The notes: generated by a model from the letters alone, not told the origin. A stretch of DNA of 57,961 bases from Minisyncoccota bacterium (GCA_023143145.1 JAGLID010000066.1:1-57961), one strand, 5' to 3'; positions 1-10,984 are shown, numbered from the stretch's first letter. Program-made: numbers and translations.

Positions 1-1388
1 ACGCATTTATCTTTAATAACCTCTTCCAAAATACCCCACACTTCTGTAATTCCTTGTTCAATTAATTTATTGGCACTTCTAACATTATAAGCGAAATCTC
101 TTTCAATCAGCACTTTCATAACAAAAGGCTTAAACAGTTCTAGGGCCATTTTTTTAGGAAGCCCACATTGATCTAATCTCAAAGTCGGACCAACTACAAT
201 AACACTACGAGCAGAATAATCAACTCTCTTTCCCAAAAGATTTTGTCGAAATCTTCCTTGCTTTCCCTTAAGCATGTCTGCCAAAGATCGGAGTTGTCTT
301 CTTTTCCCAGTCGCAGCCATTGTTGCTTGACCTCTTCTGGCGCTATTATCAATCAAAGCATCAACAGCCTCTTGAAGCATTCTTTTTTCATTTCGAGAGA
401 TAACTTCTGGAGCACCAAGTTCAATCAACTTTTTCAAACGATTGTTTCTGTTAATTACTCTTCTATATAAATCATTTAAATCAGATGTCGCGAACCTTCC
501 TCCGTCCAATTGCACCATAGGCCTCAAATCTGGTGGTATGACAGGCACCACAGTAAGACACATCCATTCTGGCTTTATGTCAGCTTTTATGAATCCATGC
601 ATTAAGCGCAATCTTTTCATTATTTTTTTTCTTTGCATTGAAGTTTGCGGCAATTCCTTGACTTCTTTTTCTAATTTCTTAGAAATTTTCTTCAAATCAA
701 TTTTTTCCAATGCTTTCTTAATGGCCTCGGTCCCAATGTCAGCTTTAAAGACAGAAGCATATTTCAATGAAAGATCTCTATATTCAAGTTCAGAAATAAC
801 CTTGAATTTTTTTATACTTCGAAGGTCTTCTTTAGCTTTATCTCGAGCTTCTTTGATTTCATTAATCTCAGGTATTGTTAAGGTATCTTTTCCGCTTTTT
901 ACTTTTGATTTATATTCACCTTCAATCTGATCTGCAATTGATTTTCTTTCGTCTTCATTAACATCAATAATCAAATAACTAGCGAAATAAATAACTTTTT
1001 CCAAATCTTGAATAGACATATTCAGTGTCAAACCAACACTTGAAGGAACTCCTCTGAGAAACCAAACATGCGAAATTGGAACTGCCAATTTAATATGTCC
1101 CATTCTTTCTCTTCTAACAACAGATTTTGTAACTTCAACACCACATTTATCGCAAACAACCCCTTTATATCTGATTCTTTTATATTTTCCACAATAGCAT
1201 TCCCAGTCCTTTGTTGGTCCAAATATTTTTTCGCAAAACAAGCCATCCTTCTCTGGCCTTTGGGTTCTGTAATTTATAGTTTCAGGCTTGGTAACTTCTC
1301 CCGTAGACCAATTCAAAATTTCTTCGGGGCTAGCAATTTTAAGCCTGACTGACTCAAAATCTTCAACTTTTGTGCTTATATTTGACAT
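1..1388 (-). CDS. rpoC: DNA-directed RNA polymerase subunit beta' (N-terminal part; gene runs off the window start)
   Basis: Absent from the ORF track because it has no stop inside the window. Reverse translation from the ATG at ~1388 gives [87 protein letters not shown]...[19 protein letters not shown]. This is the canonical beta' N-terminus with its Zn-binding Cys cluster. It lies directly downstream of rpoB. Confidence 0.9.
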   Translation of the reverse strand, partial: MSNISTKVEDFESVRLKIASPEEILNWSTGEVTKPETINYRTQRPEKDGLFCEKIFGPTKDWECYCGKYKRIRYKGVVCDKCGVEVTKSVVRRERMGHIKLAVPISHVWFLRGVPSSVGLTLNMSIQDLEKVIYFASYLIIDVNEDERKSIADQIEGEYKSKVKSGKDTLTIPEINEIKEARDKAKEDLRSIKKFKVISELEYRDLSLKYASVFKADIGTEAIKKALEKIDLKKISKKLEKEVKELPQTSMQRKKIMKRLRLMHGFIKADIKPEWMCLTVVPVIPPDLRPMVQLDGGRFATSDLNDLYRRVINRNNRLKKLIELGAPEVISRNEKRMLQEAVDALIDNSARRGQATMAATGKRRQLRSLADMLKGKQGRFRQNLLGKRVDYSARSVIVVGPTLRLDQCGLPKKMALELFKPFVMKVLIERDFAYNVRSANKLIEQGITEVWGILEEVIKDKC

Positions 1389-1434
1389 ATGGTTTAAGAT
1401 TATTTATATGATTTAATAATTATATTAATTTAAT

Positions 1435-1568
1435 TTTGAATTTGAAATTTTGATTCGAATGCTTTTTCGATTGTCATAAATTTAAAATAATTTATAAAAT
1501 ATAGACTAATCGTTTTATTTGATTTAAAATTCTTTTATTTAAAATAAAATCAAAAATTCAAATTCAAA
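1435..1568. repeat. Long-range inverted repeat in the rpoB-rpoC spacer
   Basis: tttgaatttgaaattttgatt (1435-1455) matches the reverse complement of aatcaaaaattcaaattcaaa (1548-1568) at 20 of 21 positions. The arms are ~92 nt apart. Confidence 0.5.
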
Positions 1569-1646
1569 GCTAAACACACATTCTAGAGATCACTCTTTAA
1601 AATGTAAATTCTTACACCTTTAAAAGTGAACTCCAGAAATTTATAA

Positions 1647-4600
1647 TTATTCCTTAACTTCTTCTCTGTCATCACCCTCAATAACCTCACCTTCAACTTC
1701 TTCTTGTTTTACTCCCATAAGATTAACACTCAAACCTAAAGCCTTTAATTCGTTTACTAAAACATGAAACGATGCGGGAATATGAGGATTTTTAATAGAC
1801 TCTCCCTTAATAATAGATTCATAAGACTTTGATCTTCCAAGTACATCATCAGACTTGATAGTCAAAACTTCTTGCAAGGTATGAGCAGCTCCATGCCCTT
1901 CCAAAGCCCAAACTTCCATTTCTCCAAATCTCTGACCACCAAATTGAGCCTTACCACCAAGCGGTTGTTGAGTTATCAAAGAATATGGTCCAATAGAACG
2001 CATATGAATCTTATCCTCAACAAGATGATTTAACTTCATAATATATGTGATTCCAACGGTTGTTTTATTCTCAAATGAATTTCCTGTCTTTCCGTCAAAA
2101 AGTTGAACCTTTCCATCTTCTGGAAGCCCAGCCTTTCTTAATTCTCCTTTGATTTGTTCTTCGGTCACTCCATTCAAAGATTGGCAAGCAACTTTATATC
2201 CTAATTTACTTGCTGCCCATCCCAGATGAGTTTCCAAAATTTGTCCGATGTTCATACGAGAAGCAACTCCGAGAGGATTTAAAATAATATCTACAGGAGT
2301 TCCATCTTCAAGATATGGCATATCTTCAATTGGCAGGATTGTTGAAATAACACCTTTGTTTCCATGACGACCTGCCAATTTGTCACCTACTTGAATTTTT
2401 CGAAGCTGAGCAACGCTTACTTGAATTTTCTTAATCACTCCAGCCGAAAGCTTATCTCCTTGGTCTCTAGAAAAAATCTTCACATCAACTACTTTTCCTT
2501 GTTCACCGTGTTGTAAATATAAAGAAGTATCTTTAACGTCTCTAGCCTTTTCTCCAAAAATTGATCTCAACAATCTTTCTTCAGCAGTCAAATCACTTTC
2601 ACCTTTCGGAGTAATTTTCCCAACCAAAATATCCCCAGACCTAACCTCGGCTCCGATTCGAATAATTCCATCTTCATCCAAATCTTTCAATTTATCTTCT
2701 CCTACATTTGGAATATCCCTCGTAACAACTTCCGGGCCTAGTTTTGTATCTCTAACATCTATTGAAAAATCTTCGATATGAATTGAGCTGAATCTGTCAT
2801 TTTCAACAACTCGTTGTGAAAGAATAATCGCATCTTCAAAATTACATCCTCCCCATGGCATAAAAGCCACAAACAAATTTTGACCTAGCGCTAACTCCCC
2901 ATCTTGAGTTCCAGAACCATCAGCCAAAACATCTCCTCTCTTAACTTTCTGACCTCGATATACTCGTGCATATTGTGTCATACAAGTAGCTGAATTCGAT
3001 CTCACAAAATTTGAAAGATTATAAACATTGGTAGATGAATCTGCAAGTTTTATTTTAATATGAGCTCCATCAATTTCAACAATCTCTCCGTCATCTTCAG
3101 CAATCAAAACATGACCAGAATCAACTGCTGCCTTTTTTTCAAGACCAGTTCCCACAACAGCTGAATCAGGAATAATGCAAGTAACAGCCTGTCTCTGCAT
3201 GTTCGAACCCATCAATGCTCTATGTGCATCATCATGCTCAAGAAAAGGAATAAGCGAAGTTGAAACACTAATAGCTTGATTTGGAGATACATCCATAAAA
3301 TTTACCTTTTCAGCTTCAATGATTCCAGGCCTCCCTTTGATTCTTGCTTGAACTTCTTTTTGAGTAAACATTTTTGTATCATTGTCAAAAGGAACACTAG
3401 CATGAGAAATAATTGCTGCTTCTTCTTCGGTAGCATCTAAATAGACAATATCATTAGAAACTTTTCCATCCTTAACCTTTCGATAAGGAGTTTCTAAAAA
3501 TCCATATTCATTGACAGTTCCAAATAAAGCAAGGTGACCCACTAAACCAATATTCGGTCCTTCAGGAGTTTGAATTGGACACACTCTACCATAATGAGAA
3601 CGATGGACATCTCGAACTTCAAAGCCCGCTCTTTCTCTTGTTAATCCTCCGGGACCCATCGCAGACAATCTTCTTTTATGTTCAAGCTCTGCCAAAGGAT
3701 TAACCTGATCCATAAATTGACATAGCTGAGAAGACATAAAAAATTCTCTTATAACTGCAATAAGAGGTCGAGTATTAATAAGTTGAGAAGGAACAACTGT
3801 ATTTACATCAACAGTACTCATTCTGTCTTTGATATTCCTTTCAACTCTCATAAATCCAAGTCGAAATCTTTCTTGAATTAATTCCCCAACGGTCCGAACT
3901 CTTCGATTTCCAAGGTGATCTATATCATCACCAACGGCATTTGGAGTATTATTAAGTTTTATTAGTTCTTTGACAACTAAAATTAAATCATTAGATTGAA
4001 AGACTCTATTTTCCACAGTATCTTCTAAGTCAATATTGAGTCTTTGATTTATCTTATGTCTTCCGACTTTTCCTAAGTCATATCGATCAAATTTGAAAAA
4101 CATTCCTTCAATCAACTGCCGAGCATTATCAGCCGTAGCAAGATCTCCAGGTCTAATTCTTTTATAAACTTCGATAAATCCTTCTGCCCTAGACTTAGAA
4201 ATATCTTTCTTAATAGTTTCTTCAATAAATTTCACTTCTCCTTTATCCACATCAGAAAAAAGCTCCAAAAGTTTTTCGTCAGAATCAACGCCAAAAGCAC
4301 GTAAAAGAGCCGTCACAGCTACCTTTCTTTTTTTATCTATTTTTACATAAATAGCTCCGCTTGCCTCTGTTTCAACTTCGAGCCATGCTCCTCGAGTTGG
4401 AATCATTTTTGAACCAAAATATATCTTGTCTTCTTTTTCCAAAGAAACTGAAAAGAACGCTCCTGGAGATTTAATGAGCTGACTTACAACAACTCTTTCA
4501 ACTCCATTAATTATAAAAGTTCCTTGCTTCGTCATCAGCGGGAATTCTCCAAAATATATTTCTTGTTCTTTGTTGGTATTAGTTTTTTTGTGAGTTAATC

Positions 4601-4895
4601 TAACTCGACATCTAAGTGGCGCCTCAAAAGATAAATTCTTTTTCTTAGCCGTCTCTTTATCATATTTAGGTTTATCTAGATAATAATCAACAAAATCCAC
4701 TTCCATCTCCTTATTAAAACTAACAATAGGAGAAACTTCTTTCAAAAGTTCCTTCAACCCTTCCTCGATAAACCAATTATAAGAAACAAGCTGGGACTCT
4801 ATTAAGTAAGGATAGTCCATTACCTCTTTTGTTTCATTAAAATATTTCCTATTTGACTTCAAATTTATCGTTTCCTTTTTTTTGAGCATAGACAT
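1647..4895 (-). CDS. rpoB: DNA-directed RNA polymerase subunit beta
   Basis: 1082 aa ORF with hallmark beta-subunit blocks: GTFIINGVERVVVSQL, RRLSAMGPGGLTRERAGFEVRDVH, NMQRQAV, GRHGNKGV and QRFGEMEVWALE. Confidence 0.97.
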   Translation of the reverse strand: MSMLKKKETINLKSNRKYFNETKEVMDYPYLIESQLVSYNWFIEEGLKELLKEVSPIVSFNKEMEVDFVDYYLDKPKYDKETAKKKNLSFEAPLRCRVRLTHKKTNTNKEQEIYFGEFPLMTKQGTFIINGVERVVVSQLIKSPGAFFSVSLEKEDKIYFGSKMIPTRGAWLEVETEASGAIYVKIDKKRKVAVTALLRAFGVDSDEKLLELFSDVDKGEVKFIEETIKKDISKSRAEGFIEVYKRIRPGDLATADNARQLIEGMFFKFDRYDLGKVGRHKINQRLNIDLEDTVENRVFQSNDLILVVKELIKLNNTPNAVGDDIDHLGNRRVRTVGELIQERFRLGFMRVERNIKDRMSTVDVNTVVPSQLINTRPLIAVIREFFMSSQLCQFMDQVNPLAELEHKRRLSAMGPGGLTRERAGFEVRDVHRSHYGRVCPIQTPEGPNIGLVGHLALFGTVNEYGFLETPYRKVKDGKVSNDIVYLDATEEEAAIISHASVPFDNDTKMFTQKEVQARIKGRPGIIEAEKVNFMDVSPNQAISVSTSLIPFLEHDDAHRALMGSNMQRQAVTCIIPDSAVVGTGLEKKAAVDSGHVLIAEDDGEIVEIDGAHIKIKLADSSTNVYNLSNFVRSNSATCMTQYARVYRGQKVKRGDVLADGSGTQDGELALGQNLFVAFMPWGGCNFEDAIILSQRVVENDRFSSIHIEDFSIDVRDTKLGPEVVTRDIPNVGEDKLKDLDEDGIIRIGAEVRSGDILVGKITPKGESDLTAEERLLRSIFGEKARDVKDTSLYLQHGEQGKVVDVKIFSRDQGDKLSAGVIKKIQVSVAQLRKIQVGDKLAGRHGNKGVISTILPIEDMPYLEDGTPVDIILNPLGVASRMNIGQILETHLGWAASKLGYKVACQSLNGVTEEQIKGELRKAGLPEDGKVQLFDGKTGNSFENKTTVGITYIMKLNHLVEDKIHMRSIGPYSLITQQPLGGKAQFGGQRFGEMEVWALEGHGAAHTLQEVLTIKSDDVLGRSKSYESIIKGESIKNPHIPASFHVLVNELKALGLSVNLMGVKQEEVEGEVIEGDDREEVKE

Positions 4896-6100
4896 ATTTT
4901 ATTATTATGAAAATTATTTTTTATAGCTACACTAGACTAAGAAACTTATTTGCTAGTGAAAAATGCTAGCCAGAGGAACAAAGAACCAAGTGAGAATTGT
5001 TTGGCTTATTAATCTATCTCCACTAGAAAGCAGATTTAAATAAGAAAACGTTTCCTCAACGACTCAATGAAATATACATTAACATTTTTATCTTATAACA
5101 GGAAAAATACATAAAACATTATGAAACATGGTCAAATAAGACAAATATATAAACTTTCGATACAGCCCAACCCTCCCCTAGAACTGCCAAAAGATACAGT
5201 TTTTATCATTCTCGCACTGAATCAAGTTCAGCATAAATTCCAACGGGAATTCTAACTTCGACTTAAAAAATATTTTAAAAGTTTAACTTGCTAGAATGAA
5301 CTACCTCGCAGCAAGCTGTCTAGACATTAAGTAAGGAAGAATTTTTTAAAATAACTCCAGTCAATACAATTACCAGAAAAATCACTCGATTAACAAAGCT
5401 TCTCGTAATCCATATTAAATCCTTTAATAAATATTGAAATATGACCACAGCAATAACCAAAAGGCTATATTTATTGTAATTTATTACAATAATTTAAATC
5501 GTATAATTTCAATTAAAGAAAGGAATCCGCCAAAAAAGTTTCAAAAGACACAAAACAAGCCCAAACAGAAAAAACTGCAGACATAAAAACCTTATACATT
5601 ACTCAACTTTGATATAAATCATAGATAATTGATATAGTTTGAAATCAATCACATTTTCATTATACATAATCAAAAAATATTGTCAATAGCTGTGAAATAT
5701 AGATGAATTCAAACTCCTAAACCCCTTTTCTGACATCATATATTGTCAAGAAAAAACATTATATAACTATTCCAAAAAGAGGAGGAGTAATATTTCTTGA
5801 AAGAGAAAAAATTGTAAATTTTACTCGCTTCATAATTTTGCTATAAACTGATTAAGATGGAAAGTTCTTGCTTGTTGGATGATTTATCTAAAAAGAGTTT
5901 GCGCTAGTTCAAATAAATCATAAAAATTATTTGTTTTTTTCGTCAATCCCCTTCTGAGATTGAAAAGAAGTATAACTTGTTATTAACAGAACCAAATTAG
6001 GATGGTTGATAAATTCGAGTGCAGCAAAACAAAATCAAGAGTTGTATCGCAAATCATATTTTATGAAAATGATAATGATTTGATATACAAGATCTATTTC

Positions 6101-7900
6101 TTATTTTGTTTTTTCAATTGCCATATTATGCGCTTCGATATAATTAACAACAAAATTTTCCCAGTCTGCCGTAAAAGCAACCTTTCGAGCTTGGATTTTA
6201 TTATCAATTCTTTTCTTTTTTGTAAACTGCGTATATTTATAGAGAATATCAACAAAATCATTAATCATTTCTTCTTTTTTTGTATTCTCTATATCTAAAA
6301 TATATACACCTGGGTCTATCTTTTTTGGCAAATTATCAAAACAATATTTTCCAAATCCAGAGAGATTACTTGTAAGTGAGGCGACGCCCAAGGCAGCTGT
6401 TTCCAAGGGAGTATATCCCCAAGGTTCATAATGGGAAGGAAAAATTCCGAAATGAGATGCTTGAATACTTTGATAATAGTCAAGGTCACCAAGTCCATCA
6501 GCACCGCTGAGATAGATTGGATAAAAAATTACCTTCACCCTATCCTCTTCCTTATTTTTAAGTCCAGCTTTTTTAAAAGCTCGAAGAATTGGATCGTTTT
6601 CGGGATTAATAATATCATGAGTTGAAAGCGGAGCATTGCCACTTTTTGATTTTAGAGATAAAATCTTTCTTTTTATCTTTAGAATAAAACCTTCGTCAAA
6701 AATTGTTTTTTCACTAACTTTCTCTTCCGAGGTTAAAGCATAAAGCAAATTTTCTTTAATATCGTCTTCCTCTTCTTCTAATAAGTCTTTAATATCCTGA
6801 AAAGCTTCTCTAGCCTCAATGATGTCAGGACTTATACCACTGGTCTGTGTCGGAACCCAGAAAAAGCTTACGACAGTCTTATTACTTTTGGCTTTTTTCA
6901 TTTTTTCGTTTAATTTTCCCAAAGAATCTATATAGATATCCATGCCCTTGTTGTGAAATTCATATCTGCTAGCGGTAAAATAAAAGAGAGCGTTATCAAG
7001 ATCAATAGAATAATAAGGAAAAAAATAATACAAAACAAATTCTCGTAATTTATTTCTATATTTTTTGTGCTTCAAAGCAGCTTCCTCAAAGCATGGAAAC
7101 TCAGACATGTCAAGACCGTTTGGAAGGATAACATCCACTTTTCTGCCTAAAATATATTCCGCTTCCGCGGCGGTGACCCGACTTACAGTCGTAAAAGCAT
7201 CAGCATGAGTAGCGGCCAATCTTTCCATATTATGTTTCGCTTGAACGCCGTATTTATAAGCTTCTTTCCTATAATCAATTTCATCCAAATGAGTATAAAA
7301 ATCAACACCATGCGCCGCCAAAGTTCTACCAAGTGTAGTAGCATGAGTGGTAAAGACAGTAGCAACATTTGAATTTATTTTCTTTAGATATAAAACCGTA
7401 GCACCAGAAAGCCATTCATGAGCCTGAACAACTATTTTTTTATCGTTATGAATTTTGCTCAATTTATCAGTTAAAATCCCAACAGCCCAACTCCATAAGA
7501 CTGGTTCATTAAAATCTTGCGGGCCATCCAATGAATCAAGCTGAAAATTTTCCCACAATTGTTTTTTAATATTGTCAACTTTAGGCCAAAGTGCATTAAA
7601 ATCGATTAAGATAACTTCAGGTTCTCCTTCGATTAGCCAAGATCCGAAATGACATATAATTCCTTCAGCCTTCAAATTATCATACATCTCCTTGTAATGC
7701 TCTGGAATTGGTTCCTCTTTAAACACGGCTCGAACCTTATCTGCAAAATATGGACCAATCAAATAATAAGAATTTTTATATTGTTTTTCCATATGTCTTG
7801 CCTTGGAACTGAGAACCGTAAAAATTCCTCCAACTTTGTTACAAACTTCCCACGAAACTTCAAAAACCATGTCCGCTTTAGATTTTATATTATTTTTCAT
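6101..7900 (-). CDS. GT3-family (eukaryote/Bacteroidetes-type) glycogen synthase
   Basis: N-terminus VFEVSWEVCNKVGGIFTVLSSKA closely matches the GT3 glycogen synthase signature (animal/yeast FEVAWEVANKVGGIYTV). The 599 aa length fits this family. Confidence 0.8.
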   Translation of the reverse strand: MKNNIKSKADMVFEVSWEVCNKVGGIFTVLSSKARHMEKQYKNSYYLIGPYFADKVRAVFKEEPIPEHYKEMYDNLKAEGIICHFGSWLIEGEPEVILIDFNALWPKVDNIKKQLWENFQLDSLDGPQDFNEPVLWSWAVGILTDKLSKIHNDKKIVVQAHEWLSGATVLYLKKINSNVATVFTTHATTLGRTLAAHGVDFYTHLDEIDYRKEAYKYGVQAKHNMERLAATHADAFTTVSRVTAAEAEYILGRKVDVILPNGLDMSEFPCFEEAALKHKKYRNKLREFVLYYFFPYYSIDLDNALFYFTASRYEFHNKGMDIYIDSLGKLNEKMKKAKSNKTVVSFFWVPTQTSGISPDIIEAREAFQDIKDLLEEEEDDIKENLLYALTSEEKVSEKTIFDEGFILKIKRKILSLKSKSGNAPLSTHDIINPENDPILRAFKKAGLKNKEEDRVKVIFYPIYLSGADGLGDLDYYQSIQASHFGIFPSHYEPWGYTPLETAALGVASLTSNLSGFGKYCFDNLPKKIDPGVYILDIENTKKEEMINDFVDILYKYTQFTKKKRIDNKIQARKVAFTADWENFVVNYIEAHNMAIEKTK

Positions 7901-8094
7901 TTTTGTTTTTGTTTAGATGTTAGACAATTACTCTAATTATTTATTAACTATATTATACTGCAAAAAATAAAATAAAACAATAAAAAAATACTGTTTTATT
8001 TAATAATGACTAGCTGGATTTATTATTGTGATTTAATTAAATCGTTAGAACGACAATTTAATACATTACAAAATTAATAATATTTTTGAAAAAT

Positions 8095-9201
8095 TTACAT
8101 TATCACTACAAACACTAATTTATATATTAAAAGTATATTAACCACTGCATAAAATAATGTCAAAAGCATGATTGCACTTTTGTTCGCATAATTTTGAAAC
8201 AACTGAACTATTTGAGAGCTATGATCTTCGGACAGTTCTGCTTTTACATTATCAGAATCAATGAAAGATTGATTTCTAAAATCTTCATCTGACAACATAT
8301 TGCACATTGTACTTTCTTTTATATTTCTTTCAAAAGTCATTTCATTGAAAATATTTCCATTTGTAAAGGCCAGAAAATTAGCATCGTTATTTTGTTCCAA
8401 AAAAAGAAGATTACTTTCTTGAAATAAGTTAGTTTGAATTAAAATCTCATATTCCTTCTTCTGAGAAGAACTTTGATTGACGATATCTGTTAGATTACTT
8501 TTAATTTTTTCATTGTTATCAATGCTGTTTAATATCTCTCCTTTTTTTACTTCATCTGAAAAACTATCATCAATAGCTCTCTGATTATAAATTTGTAAAC
8601 TTTCCAGATCTTTTTCTATTGCTTTTTCATTAATTTCATTCACTTTCTCTTCAATCATTCCTTTTGTTGTCTGCAAAGATTTAATTTGCATAATCTCCTC
8701 ATTTACAAAAGGTGCCCCAAATTCCTCCACGATAATAATACTTTTATTCCCTTCAAAAATATCTTCTACGACAGCAATGCCGACTTCAGAATAATTTACA
8801 CTGAGAATATTCACTCGATGAGACGAACTTTCCATCAAAGCCTTGTGTGCGCCACCCGCCGTAATAAAATTCATCGCCAAATTTTCTCCTGCAAATAGAT
8901 ATTCATATCCTGACGATTTTATAAAATCCCAAGGAGTTAATCCCTGTGGGCTATCATGATCAAAATATTGATTAATAAACATATCTTGTGCCTTTTTCTC
9001 AGCCGCCACGGAAAGTTTGTCACTTACAGAGAGTGCCGGAAGTCCCGCTTCTAATCTTGAATTATTTGTTAAAGCAATCATTTCTGTGCTAGAGATAGAA
9101 ACAGCAAATGCTAATTGAACACTACTTAATTGCGATAAAGCAAATATAAGTGCTATAAAAGCTACTTTTTTGTTTTTTTGTTTTTTTGTTTTTAAATTCA
9201 T
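8095..9201 (-). CDS. Secreted CAP/SCP (YkwD-like) domain protein with C-terminal membrane anchor
   Basis: N-terminal signal/anchor VAFIALIFALSQL. CAP-domain pattern LTNNSRLEAGLPAL...AEKKAQDM...FDHDSP...AGENLA...HRVNIL...YSEVGIAVV. Hydrophobic C-terminus MLLTLFYAVVNILLIYKLVFVVIM. Confidence 0.75.
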   Translation of the reverse strand: MNLKTKKQKNKKVAFIALIFALSQLSSVQLAFAVSISSTEMIALTNNSRLEAGLPALSVSDKLSVAAEKKAQDMFINQYFDHDSPQGLTPWDFIKSSGYEYLFAGENLAMNFITAGGAHKALMESSSHRVNILSVNYSEVGIAVVEDIFEGNKSIIIVEEFGAPFVNEEIMQIKSLQTTKGMIEEKVNEINEKAIEKDLESLQIYNQRAIDDSFSDEVKKGEILNSIDNNEKIKSNLTDIVNQSSSQKKEYEILIQTNLFQESNLLFLEQNNDANFLAFTNGNIFNEMTFERNIKESTMCNMLSDEDFRNQSFIDSDNVKAELSEDHSSQIVQLFQNYANKSAIMLLTLFYAVVNILLIYKLVFVVIM

Positions 9202-9332
9202 CTTTGACCTTTATTATTAGGTCACCCTTTTTGTTTTTAAAATCTGATTTAAATAAAAAAGCAGCGATAAGCCACCCTTCTTATTTAAATTCAATTATTG
9301 TACTTCCAGTATACACTAAATTTTCACTTTCG

Positions 9333-9668
9333 TCAACTACAAAAACTCAAAATTTTTGCACTAATTTCCCCTACTTGCCATGCCATAAACCCGCATTTAT
9401 TTTCTGAAGACAAATTTTCATTAAGCTCAATTTTTTTTGATTTATTAAAATAAGGAGAATCACAATCAAAATCAAAATCTACGATATTACTAATTGCAAG
9501 ATTATTCTTCGCAAGCATCAAATCGATTTTAACGAGAATTTTTTCAGATAAATCTCTCTTATCAGTCCAAGTGTTTTTAGAGATTTCATTCCCTTTTCTA
9601 TCAAATAAAAACAAACTAACTAAGTTTCCTATAATTAAGATTTTCAATTTATATTTTTTCATAATCAA
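9333..9668 (-). CDS. Short hypothetical protein, tentatively a TsaB/YeaZ-like N-terminal domain
   Basis: Pattern LKILIIGN..LFLFD..GNEI....DLSEKILVKIDLMLAKNNLAISNIVDF resembles the first ASKHA half of TsaB. At 111 aa it is much shorter than TsaB. The gene ends in TGA. Confidence 0.3.
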   Translation of the reverse strand: MIMKKYKLKILIIGNLVSLFLFDRKGNEISKNTWTDKRDLSEKILVKIDLMLAKNNLAISNIVDFDFDCDSPYFNKSKKIELNENLSSENKCGFMAWQVGEISAKILSFCS

Positions 9669-9670
9669 GC

Positions 9671-10306
9671 TTATTGTATGACATATAGACTGCTTTCATA
9701 TTCCTCCATTTCAGTTTGATCTAGACTTGAAGTTTCATTTTCAGTTTTAATTTCTGTCTCAATTTGAATTTTATTTTCGGTCTGATAAAACTCATCGTCA
9801 TCTTTTGCTCCAGCCACTCTTCCTTGATAATCTCTTTCAATCAAAATGGTTTTCTCTGTTGTGGTATTAACTACACCGTTCTGATTTGTTTTCAGACTAG
9901 CAAATCCTTTATCTGATGATGAAAACCAACTTTGAAAAAATAGAAAATTTATACCAAAGACAATCGCAAGAGACATAACTGCTACAAATTTCACAAAGTA
10001 GGAAAACTTGCTCTGCGATTCATAAGCACTAAGAGAATCATGTTTTGTCAGTAAATATGACTTTCTTTTACTAATAATCTTGTTTTTTATAACTTTAATA
10101 TTTTTAGATTTTTTTGTTTTAATACCAATAATATTTTTTTCTTTTGCCTTCTCTGTATATTCCTCAAGCCACTTTTTTGTCGTCACCCAATTTCTACCTA
10201 TTTTTATTCCTTTCAATTTTTCTTGACGACAAAGCAAACTAATATAATCCTGAGAATAATCTGTCAGCTTTGCTGCTTCAGAAAGTGAGATATATTTTTG
10301 TTCCAT
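9671..10306 (-). CDS. Membrane-anchored helix-turn-helix (MerR/excisionase-like) protein
   Basis: N-terminal HTH ISLSEAAKLTDYSQDYISLLCRQEKLKGIKIGRNWVTTKKWLEEY, followed by a TM helix FVKFVAVMSLAIVFGINFLFF. Confidence 0.6.
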   Translation of the reverse strand: MEQKYISLSEAAKLTDYSQDYISLLCRQEKLKGIKIGRNWVTTKKWLEEYTEKAKEKNIIGIKTKKSKNIKVIKNKIISKRKSYLLTKHDSLSAYESQSKFSYFVKFVAVMSLAIVFGINFLFFQSWFSSSDKGFASLKTNQNGVVNTTTEKTILIERDYQGRVAGAKDDDEFYQTENKIQIETEIKTENETSSLDQTEMEEYESSLYVIQ

Positions 10307-10484
10307 GATAATATTAATAATTTATATTTTAAATTTAATTTAAAATTTTTAGTTGATTGTTTCGCACGCTGAATAATTCGTTGTTACAATTTTATTATAC
10401 AACAAATTCACATCTTCAACAATCCTAAGTCAAGTTTACTTTTAAAAAGATAAAAAAAATGTTACTATATATTCATAATTACTT

Positions 10485-10928
10485 ATGAAACATAAAATGA
10501 TTTATCCAATAGTACTGATTCCGATAATTGTTGGCTTATTTACTCAAGTAATGAAGTTTCTATTGTCCATCGTGAATCATCGGAAAGTGGAAATGAAATA
10601 TTTATTCACTTCTGGTCATATGCCATCATCGCATACTTCTTTTGTCGTTTCCCTTGCAACTCTAGTCGCTCTTTCTGATTCCATATATTCCACAACCTTT
10701 GCGATAAGTTTTGTCTTCGCTTTTATCGTAATTCACGATGCTATAAGAATTAGAATGAATATTGGAGAAAATGGAAAAATCGTCAACAAACTTATCAAAG
10801 AAGTCCCTGGAATAAACAAGGAAAACTATCCGATTCTTCGAGAAAGAGTTGGTCATAAACCCCTAGAAGTGTTGGGTGGTGGAATTTTTGGTTTCTTCTT
10901 AACACTTTTATTGGTTCAATTCTTTTAA
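10485..10928 (+). CDS. Divergent PAP2 family membrane protein (DUF212/YuiD-like)
   Basis: Multi-TM 147 aa protein with the SGHMPSSHTS motif (family consensus GGMPSSHSA) and HDAIRIR. Confidence 0.75.
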   Translation: MKHKMIYPIVLIPIIVGLFTQVMKFLLSIVNHRKVEMKYLFTSGHMPSSHTSFVVSLATLVALSDSIYSTTFAISFVFAFIVIHDAIRIRMNIGENGKIVNKLIKEVPGINKENYPILRERVGHKPLEVLGGGIFGFFLTLLLVQFF

Positions 10929-10984
10929 ATAATTTTACAAATCTATAATTTGCAAAAAACAGGTTCTTCAAAAAGCTTGTTTTT

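Noticed and set aside
243-1352. Track ORFs 243..470, 442..930, 1068..1352 (+) and 1028..1246 (-)
   Set aside because: All lie inside, antisense to, or out of frame with the clearly recognisable rpoC reading frame. Their products are low-complexity with no motifs.
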